This document shows, piece by piece, positions 21,796 through 22,178 of a stretch of DNA of 22,178 nt. Each line of letters begins with the position of its first letter. Positions within the stretch are counted from its first letter, which is position 1. Under the pieces are notes generated by a model that was not told the DNA's origin, searched no databases, and saw only the letters and a program-made list of their open reading frames with translations. The stretch spans positions 1 to 22,178 of the forward strand of contig JAQGDQ010001888.1 of the NCBI GenBank assembly GCA_030141605.1, in the 5' to 3' direction. Position numbers and translations under genes: made by a program. This stretch comes from Tubiluchus corallicola. Lineage: Eukaryota > Animalia > Priapulida.

Positions 21796-22178
21796 CTGAA
21801 ATGAAGCCAGTCAATTTACTGTGATGCTGAAATGAAGCCAGTCAATTTACTGTGAAACTGTAATGAAGCCAGTCAATTTACTGTGATACTGTAATGAAGC
21901 CAGTCAATTTACTGTGATACTGAAATGAAGCCAGTCAATTTACTGTGATACTGAAATGAAGTCAGTCGATTTACTGTGATACTGAAATGAAGCCAGTCAA
22001 TTTACTGTGATACTGTCATGAAACCAGTCGATTTACTGTGATACTGTCATGAAGCCAGTCAATTTACTGTGATACTGAAATGAAGCCAGTCAATTTACTG
22101 TGATACTGAAATGAAGCCAGTCAATTTACTGTGATACTGTCATGAAGCCAGTCAATTTACTGTGATACTGAAATGAAG
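21796..22178. repeat. 31-bp tandem array (at least 12 copies, runs off the right edge) beginning exactly at the splice acceptor
   Basis: Unit CTGAAATGAAGCCAGTCAATTTACTGTGATA, starting at 21796, 21827, 21858 and so on. Confidence 0.97.

Noticed and set aside
21796-22178. CRISPR-like 31-bp repeats
   Set aside because: Head-to-tail with no unique spacers, no cas genes, and a eukaryotic intron context.

Overview
AT-rich eukaryotic genomic DNA, probably from a non-arthropod invertebrate (the 5S copy and SINE motifs resemble lophotrochozoan ones). Most of the window (6061-21795, minus strand) is the 3' part of one intron-rich gene. Nine GT-AG exons splice in consistent phase into 442 codons resembling the C-terminal part of condensin-2 subunit G2 (NCAPG2/CAP-G2). 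The 5' exons lie beyond the window and the last exon is unresolved. The introns and flank hold three tandem arrays (92, 99 and 31 bp units), hAT-type and Tc1/mariner-type MITEs, a 5'-truncated RTE-like LINE with TSD, tRNA-derived SINEs, a 5S rRNA pseudogene and microsatellites. The most notable points are: (i) the intronic 99-bp array carries a full RFX X-box in all 17 copies; (ii) the 31-bp array is a reiterated 3' splice-site cassette; (iii) three NCAPG2 acceptors have been remodelled by adjacent repeats or a mini-MITE. No new multi-gene system is demonstrable from the sequence alone.
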